Below are positions 1 through 12,178 of a stretch of 61,777 nt of DNA, piece after piece. Source of the DNA: Alphaproteobacteria bacterium. Its GTDB lineage: Bacteria > Pseudomonadota > Alphaproteobacteria > UBA11136. Positions within the stretch are counted from its first letter, which is position 1. Each line of letters begins with the position of its first letter. The DNA is taken from assembly GCA_030739855.1 (NCBI GenBank), contig JASLYJ010000006.1, forward strand, positions 1-61,777, written 5' to 3'. The notes under the pieces are model-generated. The model was not told the DNA's origin. It did no database searches and saw only the letters and a program-made list of their open reading frames with translations. The position numbers were made by a program, and so were the translations under genes.

Positions 1-2
1 TC

Positions 3-86
3 TACAGTTCCGATCAGCTTACGGAAGGCGAACGCTTAATGCGGATGCCTGAACTGAATGCCAAGCAACGCATCTACAAACCTTGA
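3..86 (+). CDS. 3' end of a gene truncated by the window start (…YSSDQLTEGERLMRMPELNAKQRIYKP*), product unknown
   Basis: Frame is open from the window edge to TGA at 84-86. Too short to assign a family. Confidence 0.35.
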   Translation, partial: YSSDQLTEGERLMRMPELNAKQRIYKP

Positions 87-308
87 TTGGGAGAAATCTA
101 AGGCTTGAGTCGGTCCGTGCCAAAAATGTAATCCCCGCCGGATGCTTTATTGTGGCAGGCGATACATCCCTTATCCATTCCCTTTGGGTTCTTCAGTACT
201 GAGCCGTCGGACGCGCACTTAATCCAGAACCGGTCCTGATTGATTGTTTTAATCTCTTAGATATATCGTTAGGGATAGAGGATATAAATGCAACAGGAGT
301 AGCCATCT

Positions 309-473
309 ATGACGTTTATTAAACGCCTTCTGTATTCACTAGTTTTGTTTGTTGGGGGGTGGCTATTTAATTTTATTTTTGACATTCAATTTGCATTGGG
401 CGTTGCCGCTGGTTGGTTCATGCGGGAAGGCTATGACAACATCGCCAGTATGCTTTTCAAGATGATTAATTGA
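309..473 (+). CDS. small (54 aa) hydrophobic putative membrane protein, not in the ORF track
   Basis: AGGAG at 295-299, ATG 309, TGA 471-473. MTFIKRLLYSLVLFVGGWLFNFIFDIQFALGVAAGWFMREGYDNIASMLFKMIN; converges on the regulator. Confidence 0.55.
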   Translation: MTFIKRLLYSLVLFVGGWLFNFIFDIQFALGVAAGWFMREGYDNIASMLFKMIN

Positions 474-493
474 TGAATTAACGATCTTTTTGA

Positions 494-1693
494 CTAAAAC
501 GGCAGGTCTGTGGGGGAAGCCTCGGGTTGAGTTTTTTTACTATTTACGAGCAGCTCCTGGTATAGGCGCAAAGTCTCTGGCGTTGGTTCCATGCCAAAAT
601 CTTTGGTGAGTACATGCCGCCACTTCTCAAACTGAGCCTCCATCAAATCATATCTACCGAGGCGAGCTAGGTATCTTATGAGATTCTGAAGAAAGCTTTC
701 GCGGCATGGTTCACGGAAAAGGACGGTACGGCAAACCTGTGTAGCATCAACCAGATTGCCCTGTTCGGCATAACATCGCGCTAGGCTGTCCATCATTTCC
801 AGGTACATTTCGCACAATCGCTCCCGCTCCTCCGCCCACCAATCCTCATAAGGGTCACCTTCCATAAAGTCTCCACGGTAGAGACTTTTGGCATTTTCGA
901 AGTGCGTTAATGCTTCCGTGATCTTTCCCTTTTTTTCTAGTTCCCTACCTTCGAAGGCGAGTTTCTCGAAGGCCTCCGTGTCAACCCAGACCGCATCGCG
1001 TCTCAGAAGATACGACTTATCGGTTGTTTCCACAGCCTCTTCACTCAGTCCGCCGGCACGCAACTGTTTGCGCAGAAAGCAGATGACGACCTTGAGCCGC
1101 TCCCATCCGGAACGCATGTTGGTATCAGGCCACAGATATTCGATAAGACGCTCGCGGTGGATAGGACGGCCAAGACGGGCGACCAGGCATTTCAATAGCA
1201 TCACTGCCTTTTTGCGTTTCCATTTATCGACGGCCAGGCCTTCGCCGCCGACGGTCAGACAGAAACGCCCAAGCGTGTAGATTCTCAAAGGTGTCGATAC
1301 ATGAGGGTCCCTGCGCGCCAACCCGGAATCGTGGAGAAAAGCCACCGCCACAGCATCGCCATCGAAGCGATGCTTGGCATCGGCCGGTATGACCAGCGTG
1401 CTGATAGCCGCCGCCACCATTTCTCCATTCTTATGGCGGAGCCGGCAGGACTGGGCCGACCAGGTTTCACCACGCAGGAAACACGACATTCCCTCGCATT
1501 CAACAGAGCAGAGGGGCTCGCCGCTGGAATGAACGCCCTGTAGGACCTCACCACAACCAGAGCCGATGACCTCGCTCGGAGAATATCCCAGCAACCCCTC
1601 GGCACCGCTGTTCCAGCCGACAATATGCATGTTCTCGTCAATAGCCATCGCCGCCTCCGACGATAACTGCACAAGATCAACCGCACGGATCAT
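494..1693 (-). CDS. PAS + winged-helix + BTAD (SARP-like) transcriptional regulator
   Basis: N-terminal PAS (AIDENMHIVGWNSGAEGLLGYSPSEVIG), wHTH (LRIYTLGRF…RERLIEYLWPD) and BTAD (LYRGDFMEGDPYEDW…EPCRE…FGMEPTPETLRLY). Confidence 0.85.
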   Translation of the reverse strand: MIRAVDLVQLSSEAAMAIDENMHIVGWNSGAEGLLGYSPSEVIGSGCGEVLQGVHSSGEPLCSVECEGMSCFLRGETWSAQSCRLRHKNGEMVAAAISTLVIPADAKHRFDGDAVAVAFLHDSGLARRDPHVSTPLRIYTLGRFCLTVGGEGLAVDKWKRKKAVMLLKCLVARLGRPIHRERLIEYLWPDTNMRSGWERLKVVICFLRKQLRAGGLSEEAVETTDKSYLLRRDAVWVDTEAFEKLAFEGRELEKKGKITEALTHFENAKSLYRGDFMEGDPYEDWWAEERERLCEMYLEMMDSLARCYAEQGNLVDATQVCRTVLFREPCRESFLQNLIRYLARLGRYDLMEAQFEKWRHVLTKDFGMEPTPETLRLYQELLVNSKKTQPEASPTDLPF

Positions 1694-1699
1694 ACTTGC

Positions 1700-1728
1700 A
1701 CCATAAGATTCGGTTACCCGCTGGTTAC
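1700..1728 (-). promoter_or_regulatory. putative leaderless promoter: -10 TATGGT plus two GTAACC direct repeats with an 11-bp period
   Basis: Minus strand reads GTAACC-AGCGG-GTAACC-GAATCT-TATGGT-GCAAGT-ATG, with no SD sequence. Confidence 0.45.
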
Positions 1729-1897
1729 ATTACGTCTTTCACTTTGCTGGAAGAAGCAAAAAAGACACAGGCGACAATTTCAGGTTATTTTGCGTTCCTT
1801 TCAAAATAGCCACCGTGTAGCTATTCGCGTGAGGCTGAGGACTTGTCGCCTTGGAGGTGATGGAGTAAGACTTTTTCCGCGTGCTGGCCTCACCCAC

Positions 1898-1973
1898 GTC
1901 CCCTTCGTCTAGAGGCCTAGGACACCGGCCTCTCACGCCGGCAACAGGGGTTCGAATCCCCTAGGGGACGCCA
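1898..1973 (+). tRNA. tRNA-Glu (anticodon CTC)
   Basis: Acceptor GTCCCCT/AGGGGAC, anticodon arm CCGGC-CTCTCAC-GCCGG, T arm AGGGG-TTCGAAT-CCCCT, encoded CCA; 76 nt. Confidence 0.96.
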
Positions 1974-2003
1974 ATTATTTCAATGACCTGACTGCCAGAA
2001 CAT

Positions 2004-5787
<3,784 letters not shown>

Positions 5788-5794
5788 CTATTTT

Positions 5795-6703
5795 CTAGAA
5801 CACCCAATCCCAGACCTGGGAAAAATAGGACTTTTCTTCCTCTTCCTTTTCCCCGCCTTCCTTTTTGGTCAGGCTATAACGGTTCTCTACTTCGGACTTG
5901 AGGGTTTCGTATTCCTTAAGAAGACCGTTCTCTTCCAGTAGGGCGTAGGTATCCCGATGCCAGGGATTATCAGGGAAATTATGACCCAGAACAGCAGCTA
6001 CCTTGCGCGCTTCCGTCACCATGCCCAAGGCGAGATAGGCCTCCACCATTCGGTGCAGGGCCTCCGGGATATGGGCGGTGGTCTCGTATTCCTCCACCAC
6101 AGACCGGAACCGATTGGTGGCGGCTAGGTAATTTTCCCGCTGCAGGTAATAGCGGCCGATGGTCATGTTTTTTCCCGCCAGGTGGCTGAGGATTAGGTTG
6201 AGCTTCAGCTCGGCGTTTTTGGCGTATTTGGCGTTAGGGAAGCGGATAACTAACTCCTCGAAGGCCTCTAGTGCCATCTCCGTATTTTTCTGGTCACGCG
6301 AAACGTCGGTGATCCTCTCGTAATAGCACAGCGCCTTGAGATAATAGGCGTAGGGGGTGTCCACATGGCTAGGATGTAGTTGGATGAAGCGATTGAGGAT
6401 AAGAACAGCACCATCATATTCGTTCTTCTTGTAGAAGGCGAAGGCGGCCATGATTTGGCCTTTGGTGGCCCAAGCCGAATATGGATGCTGGCGCTCTACC
6501 TCTTCGAACAGTTCCGCCGCCTCTATGTAGTTTTCGGTCATGAGTTCATTCATGGCCTCATTGTAGAGAGATTCTGCCGACTGTTCTGCGTAGGTGGTTT
6601 CTTCAGTGGTGGTGACCTCACAGGCAGCTAGAAGCCCCCCTAGACCAAGAGAGGCGATAAGGTTAAGAACGGCCTTAAAGGAGTACGTCGGGCGTGGCGT
6701 CAT
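5795..6703 (-). CDS. bamD: outer membrane protein assembly factor BamD (lipoprotein)
   Basis: Lipobox LAAC, EVERQHPYSAWA, FIQLHP…YAYYLKALCYY; canonical lpxC-bamD-recN position. Confidence 0.95.
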   Translation of the reverse strand: MTPRPTYSFKAVLNLIASLGLGGLLAACEVTTTEETTYAEQSAESLYNEAMNELMTENYIEAAELFEEVERQHPYSAWATKGQIMAAFAFYKKNEYDGAVLILNRFIQLHPSHVDTPYAYYLKALCYYERITDVSRDQKNTEMALEAFEELVIRFPNAKYAKNAELKLNLILSHLAGKNMTIGRYYLQRENYLAATNRFRSVVEEYETTAHIPEALHRMVEAYLALGMVTEARKVAAVLGHNFPDNPWHRDTYALLEENGLLKEYETLKSEVENRYSLTKKEGGEKEEEEKSYFSQVWDWVF

Positions 6704-6816
6704 TCTTTATTGTAAACAGGGAGCCGCGATAAAAGCAGTATACCACGAGCGTTGGAGAAGTCGGATAATATCATAAAGTCCGCCGCCCTGGCACGGCATC
6801 ATATGCCCCGGGAGGG

Positions 6817-6847
6817 AAAAACGGCCCCAAGGAGAGGCCGTTTTTTT
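6817..6847 (-). terminator. intrinsic terminator after lpxC, possibly bidirectional
   Basis: AAAAACGGCC…GGCCGTTTTTTT inverted repeat with a T run on each strand. Confidence 0.65.
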
Positions 6848-6881
6848 GTGCGAGCAGAAGGAGGTAAGAGGGGGAGGAATT

Positions 6882-7880
6882 TCAGGCCGAGGCGACCAGT
6901 GCTGTTTCCCTTACGCCCCGCGGCATAGCCATGTCGTCGGGAGGAGGAAAATCGTTGCTTATTTCACAGAGACACCAGGATTCGTCATCGGAGAACAGAG
7001 CTTCAAGAAGGCTGTGGTTAAGGTTATGGCCGGAGCGGATGCCGTGGAAATGGCCAATCAGCGGAGAGCCGGCGAGATAGAGATCGCCGAAGGAATCAAG
7101 AACTTTGTGACGCACGAATTCATCTTTGTAGCGAAGACCGTCTTCGTTGAGAACTTGACCGCCGCTGATGACCACGGCGTTGTCTAGGGACCCACCCAAG
7201 GCTAGTCCAGAATCACGTAGGTCGTCCACTTCATGGAGGAAACCGAAGGTGCGGGCACGGCTGATTTCTGATTTAAAGGCGTCACCGGCGAAATGGAACA
7301 GGTAGTTTTGTCGGGAAATGGCGGCACTATCGAAATCGATTTCCATGTTAATCGAAAAAACATCAAGAGAATCAACCACCGGGGTAAGGGAGGCGAAGCT
7401 ACTGCCTTGGGTCACGGAAACGGATTTGAGCACGCGGATAGCGTGGCGTGGCACATCCTGTTCAACGATTCCCGCACATTCGATGAGAAATACAAAGGGT
7501 GCAGCACTGCCGTCCATGGCGGGAATCTCGCCGCCCTTGATTTCTACCAAGAGATTATCGATGCTGCAGCCCGCCAGTGCCGCCATGAGATGCTCCACTG
7601 TGGAGATGGAGACATCTGTGCCGTCGCTCAGCGCGGTGCATAGCCGGGTATCGGAAATCCGGCTCCAATGGGCAGGGATACAGACATTGCCACCAGCAAT
7701 GTCGCTGCGGCGAAAGACGATGCCGGTATTTGGTTCAGCAGGATGCAGAGTGATAGAGATGTTTTCACCACTATGCAGGGTGATACCGCTGCAATTGATG
7801 GCACTTTTTAGGGTCCGTTGCATGGCAGGCTTGCCACGCGCTTTTTTAAGGGATTTCTTCTTATTTGTGTTTTTTTTCAT
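6882..7880 (-). CDS. lpxC: UDP-3-O-acyl-GlcNAc deacetylase
   Basis: QRTLK, STVEHLMAAL, MDGSA, ARTFGF and VRHKVLD motifs. Start could instead be ATG 7823. Confidence 0.97.
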   Translation of the reverse strand: MKKNTNKKKSLKKARGKPAMQRTLKSAINCSGITLHSGENISITLHPAEPNTGIVFRRSDIAGGNVCIPAHWSRISDTRLCTALSDGTDVSISTVEHLMAALAGCSIDNLLVEIKGGEIPAMDGSAAPFVFLIECAGIVEQDVPRHAIRVLKSVSVTQGSSFASLTPVVDSLDVFSINMEIDFDSAAISRQNYLFHFAGDAFKSEISRARTFGFLHEVDDLRDSGLALGGSLDNAVVISGGQVLNEDGLRYKDEFVRHKVLDSFGDLYLAGSPLIGHFHGIRSGHNLNHSLLEALFSDDESWCLCEISNDFPPPDDMAMPRGVRETALVASA

Positions 7881-8144
7881 TTAAAACGCCTGGCGAGTGA
7901 TTGGTAAAAACGGCGAAAAAAACAGAAGAACAGGAAATAATTTACTGAAAAATACTGAAAGCTTTGTGATTCAATAAAATATTTTCACAATCCTTTACTT
8001 AAAAACCAAAACACCCTGAAGGATATGTATCAGTATCTTCCAGAGCACTCAAATCACTCTTTATTGCATTTTGTTACAACATGAATCTCCACGATTCGCA
8101 CTCCCCGACCCGGAAAAGAGGGCAGCATAATGCCGTGCAAAATG

Positions 8145-9386
8145 TTAAAAACACTCACGTAACCACAAGCTAAGACGGTTGAAAAAACCATCCGGTCTCT
8201 CCATCCAGCCGTGTGCGCTTACGGGCATGGCGGCTGTATTCCGTTTGGCGTAGATCAGAAGGCCTGCGCAGGTGGAAAAGGCGGGCCCTCTAGTGGCTTC
8301 GGCGAGCCCATTTATATGTATCGGTTTCCCGGTGCGAACTTTCTTGTCGAAGATCATAGCTGTAAGATCTTGGATTCCCTGCATCTGGCTGGCACCACCG
8401 GTAAGTACAACCCACTGGCCAGCCACCTTATCGAAGCCGCTTCTCTCCAGAAGGTCGCGTGCCATTTCCAGGATTTCTTCGAGCCGCGGCCGGATAATTC
8501 CGATCAGCAGAGACTTGGGTACATGGTTGGGAAGGGCGTGAACTTCCTCGCCGATGGGTGGGACGTCGATACAGTCGCGATCGTCCATATCTGAAGGGAT
8601 GGCGTTGCCGTAGAGGGCCTTTATGCGCTCGGCATTGGCCATTGTGGTGGACAACCCCCGTGCGATGTCACTAGTCACGTGGTGTCCGCCCAATGGCACG
8701 CTTCCCGTAAAGACAATGTTGCCGTCGAAGAAGACGGAGAGGGAAGTGGTGCCACCACCCATGTCGATACAGGTAACGCCAAGGTCCATTTCATCCTCCA
8801 CCAGACTCGAGAGGCCCGAGGCGTAGGCCGAGAGCACCACGTCCTGGATTTCAAGATGGCAGCGGGAAAGGCAGTTGCTGAGGTTCCGCAGTGCCACGTG
8901 GGTCACGGAAACTAGGTGTATGTTGACACCCAGATGTTCACCGAACATACCGCGTGGGTCGCGGATGCTACGGCTACCGTCTATGGAATAGGTCGTGGGG
9001 ATGGAATGGATGATTTCTCTATCTTTTAGCTGGTGGTTTTTCATCCCGTGCTGAAAGATGCGGCGTAGGTCACCATCACTAATTTCGTGCCCGGCGATAT
9101 CCGTTTCGACGCTAAAATTTTGCGAAAGTGGTTGTCCACCTGAAATATTGACGATGACACTACGGATGGTTTCCTCGGCCATTTTTTCGGCAGTATGTAC
9201 GGCGCTAGCGATAGATTCGGCCGCGACGTCCATATCCACGATGACACCACCGCGAAGGCCGTTAGCAGCGTGATGTCCGATGCCCACCACCCGCGCCCCG
9301 CTCCGGCTGTCGGCATTTTTGCGGGCGACAAAACAGCAGATTTTTGTCGTCCCTACGTCCAGTACTGTGATCAGATCGTTACGCAC
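8145..9386 (-). CDS. ftsA: cell division protein FtsA
   Basis: LDVGTTKIC, IDMGGGTT, VVLTGGASQ and a C-terminal amphipathic helix (FFNRLSLWLRECF). Confidence 0.97.
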   Translation of the reverse strand: MRNDLITVLDVGTTKICCFVARKNADSRSGARVVGIGHHAANGLRGGVIVDMDVAAESIASAVHTAEKMAEETIRSVIVNISGGQPLSQNFSVETDIAGHEISDGDLRRIFQHGMKNHQLKDREIIHSIPTTYSIDGSRSIRDPRGMFGEHLGVNIHLVSVTHVALRNLSNCLSRCHLEIQDVVLSAYASGLSSLVEDEMDLGVTCIDMGGGTTSLSVFFDGNIVFTGSVPLGGHHVTSDIARGLSTTMANAERIKALYGNAIPSDMDDRDCIDVPPIGEEVHALPNHVPKSLLIGIIRPRLEEILEMARDLLERSGFDKVAGQWVVLTGGASQMQGIQDLTAMIFDKKVRTGKPIHINGLAEATRGPAFSTCAGLLIYAKRNTAAMPVSAHGWMERPDGFFNRLSLWLRECF

Positions 9387-9432
9387 ATTTCCCTCGTTTG
9401 CTTGTTCTTTTTTCTATCCACCGTTCTCATTC

Positions 9433-10323
9433 TCATGTATCGCGGCCGCCTTCTTTGCGCCGGTTGCGCAGTTTCCCCATGGCCTCTTCCGAAAGCTGTA
9501 TCACCAACCTGTCGGGAAGGCGCAGATCGATAACCACCACATCGCGGGCGAGAATTTTGTGACGCTGTTCGAGTTTTCGTAGAGTTTCCCAAGCCTGTTT
9601 CTGATTTTCCGTTGGCAGTCGTACAAGAATGCCCGCATCAAGTTGTAGGTCCCAGCGCCGCTCGCTTACACGAATGGCGGCCACGACACGCTTTTGCAGT
9701 TCCGGTCCGCTGGACATGACAGAAAGTAGTTCCTTGGTATGACGAGGTGCGTCGGTGCCGACGATGTAGGGAAGATGTACAAAACGATTCAGTTCATCGT
9801 GGGCCAGAATTACGCCATCCTCATCTACCACCACAAGATGGCCTTCCTTTTGCCACAGAGCTAAGGGGCGGCGTTCGGTGATGTGGATATGGAGAACGCC
9901 GTCGAGGTGACGTTCGATAGCGGCACTCTTGACCCAGCTGATGGTTTTAAGTCTTCTGCGAGCAATCTCCGGATCAAAGGTAATCAGGGCTTGCCCGTAT
10001 TCTATGCCGAGCGTTGCTAGCACTGCCGTGCAGGTGGTCTCGGAGCATCCCTTCACAAGCACATCACGAACAATAAATCCGGCCTCTGCTGAGAGTTCGA
10101 TGGCCCGCCAGCGCAGGGTCTGGCTTAGCTCCACCGCCTGTTGTGAAAGCAACGGCCAGCCTAGTGTGGCCGCTACCGCCACGGGCAGAAACCCGAGCCT
10201 TGCCTTCCACAGAACTGGATGGCGCGTCCGCAGAGGCGCCATGCGCACGGCGTGTCCGGAGGTCGCTTTGTTGCGTCTAGGAAGGAGACGGCGCCACAGG
10301 ATGGATTGTATTAAGTGTCGCAT
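9433..10323 (-). CDS. ftsQ: cell division protein FtsQ/DivIB
   Basis: TM segment plus POTRA (WVKSAAIER…ITERRPLALWQ), RRWDL and IDLRLPDR; lies between ddl and ftsA. Confidence 0.92.
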   Translation of the reverse strand: MRHLIQSILWRRLLPRRNKATSGHAVRMAPLRTRHPVLWKARLGFLPVAVAATLGWPLLSQQAVELSQTLRWRAIELSAEAGFIVRDVLVKGCSETTCTAVLATLGIEYGQALITFDPEIARRRLKTISWVKSAAIERHLDGVLHIHITERRPLALWQKEGHLVVVDEDGVILAHDELNRFVHLPYIVGTDAPRHTKELLSVMSSGPELQKRVVAAIRVSERRWDLQLDAGILVRLPTENQKQAWETLRKLEQRHKILARDVVVIDLRLPDRLVIQLSEEAMGKLRNRRKEGGRDT

Positions 10324-11234
10324 GCAGCTTTCTCCACCATCCATTTCACCAGTTCGTCGAAAGAAATTCCGGCCTTGGCAGCGATTTCCGGCAGCAGCGA
10401 TTTCGGCGTCATGCCGGGTTGGGTGTTGACCTCAAGGATAAATAACTTCGTGGCACCTTCGCCGATGTCGTCATAGCGGAAATCAACCCTGCTCACCCCG
10501 CGACAGCCCAGGGTTTGATGGGCTAGAAGCGCTAGCCGTGTGGCTTCCTTGGTGTCTTTCTTAGGTAGCAGCGCGGGGACGATGTGTTCGGCCATGTGGT
10601 CGTCACTGTATTTGGCCTCGTAATCGTAGAATTCTTGCTTGGGGCGGATTTCTAGAACGCCAAGGGCCTTGTCGTCCATGATGCCTACAGTGAGTTCCCG
10701 TCCGGGGATGTAGGTCTCGGCCATAACTCTGTCACAGTAGGGCCAGGAGGTATGCTCGAAGGGAAGAGACTCGTCATTGTCGGTGACAATGTGCACGCCT
10801 ACACTAGAGCCTTCATTAAGAGGCTTGATAACGTAAGGTCGTTTCATTACGTCGCCGGCCAGCACCTCGTCGCGGTGGACAATCTTGCCCTTGGGGCAGG
10901 GGATGCCGACCTGGGTGAAGAGGCGGTTAGCTACAGGTTTGTTCATGGCTAGGGCCGATGCGAGAACACCGGAATGGGTGTAGGGCAGTGCCATCAGTTC
11001 TAACAGTCCTTGAAGGCAGCCATCTTCCCCGTAGCGGCCGTGCAGGGCGTTAAAGACAACGTCCGGCCTGGGAAATAGCTTGGATAGCAGCGCCTCTACG
11101 TCATGGGTGGCGTCAATGGTGGTGACGCTGTGGCCCGTATTGCGCAGAGATTCGGCCACATTACTGCCGCTGATTAGCGAAATCTCGCGTTCTGCGGACC
11201 GGCCTCCCATGATGACGGCTACATGTTTACTCAT
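10311..11234 (-). CDS. ddl: D-alanine--D-alanine ligase
   Basis: GGRSAEREISL, FNALHGRYGEDG, EGSSVG and LEVNTQPGMT. ATG 11234 overlaps the murB stop. Confidence 0.97.
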   Translation of the reverse strand: MSKHVAVIMGGRSAEREISLISGSNVAESLRNTGHSVTTIDATHDVEALLSKLFPRPDVVFNALHGRYGEDGCLQGLLELMALPYTHSGVLASALAMNKPVANRLFTQVGIPCPKGKIVHRDEVLAGDVMKRPYVIKPLNEGSSVGVHIVTDNDESLPFEHTSWPYCDRVMAETYIPGRELTVGIMDDKALGVLEIRPKQEFYDYEAKYSDDHMAEHIVPALLPKKDTKEATRLALLAHQTLGCRGVSRVDFRYDDIGEGATKLFILEVNTQPGMTPKSLLPEIAAKAGISFDELVKWMVEKAACDT

Positions 11235-12178
11235 GAATGTGTCTCCACATTCACAGGCAGGCCCACGCGGCGGATTTCCCATTTGAGCTCGATGCCGCTA
11301 TGAGCCATGACTCGGTTGCGCACCTCTTCGCCCAGGGCTTCGATGTCCGCTGTACTGGCATCCCCGGTATTGATGAGAAAATTGCTGTGCTTCTCGGAAA
11401 CCATGGCATCGCCTCGTTTCAGGCCCCGGCAGCCGGCTGCATCAATGAGCTTCCACGCTTTGTGCCCTGACGGGTTGACGAAGGTGCTGCCGCCAGTACG
11501 AAAGCCACGGGGCTGGCTGTCGTTACGGGTGGTCTGGATCTCGGTTAGGCGTTTGCTGATCTCAGAGGTTGTGCTCGGCGTGCCCTCCATGGTGGCGTTG
11601 ATGAACACCCAGTTTTCGGGCACGCTGCAGCTGCGGTAGTCGAAGGCGAGATCGTCGATGCTTAGGTGATGCAAGACACCGGCATTGTCTACGGCCTCAG
11701 CGGCAAGAGTGATATCCTTCATCTCCCTGCCGAAGGCTCCGGCGTTCATGCGCAGGGCGCCGCCAATGGTTCCTGGAATACCGCTGAGGAACTCCATGCC
11801 AGTAAGTGACGCCTTGAGGCTGGTCATGGCCACGTTGTAGTCCAGTGCCCCGGCTTCGGCGCGGATGCGGGTATCCGTTACTTCAATCTCCGAAACGGTT
11901 GTGCCCAGCCGGATGACCACGCCGGGGATACCACCGTCGCGTACGAGAATGTTGGAACCCAGGCCCAGAACCATGAAAGGAACATCCGTTGGCTTGTTTT
12001 TGAGGAAGGCGACAAGGTCTTCCTTATCGGCGGGATCGAATAGGACCTCCGCCGCGCCGCCGGTGCGGAACCAGGTCTTTTCACCAAGCGACGCGTTATG
12101 AGTATAGATGCCACGAATCTGGGGCAGGCGTGAGGTCAGACCGTTCTCAAAACTCTTTTTCATGATACTCTGGTTCAT
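11231..12178 (-). CDS. murB: UDP-N-acetylmuramate dehydrogenase
   Basis: TWFRTGGAA, GLGSNILVRDGG, GIPGTIGGALRMNAGA and GGSTFVNP. ATG 12178 overlaps the murC stop. Confidence 0.97.
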   Translation of the reverse strand: MNQSIMKKSFENGLTSRLPQIRGIYTHNASLGEKTWFRTGGAAEVLFDPADKEDLVAFLKNKPTDVPFMVLGLGSNILVRDGGIPGVVIRLGTTVSEIEVTDTRIRAEAGALDYNVAMTSLKASLTGMEFLSGIPGTIGGALRMNAGAFGREMKDITLAAEAVDNAGVLHHLSIDDLAFDYRSCSVPENWVFINATMEGTPSTTSEISKRLTEIQTTRNDSQPRGFRTGGSTFVNPSGHKAWKLIDAAGCRGLKRGDAMVSEKHSNFLINTGDASTADIEALGEEVRNRVMAHSGIELKWEIRRVGLPVNVETHS

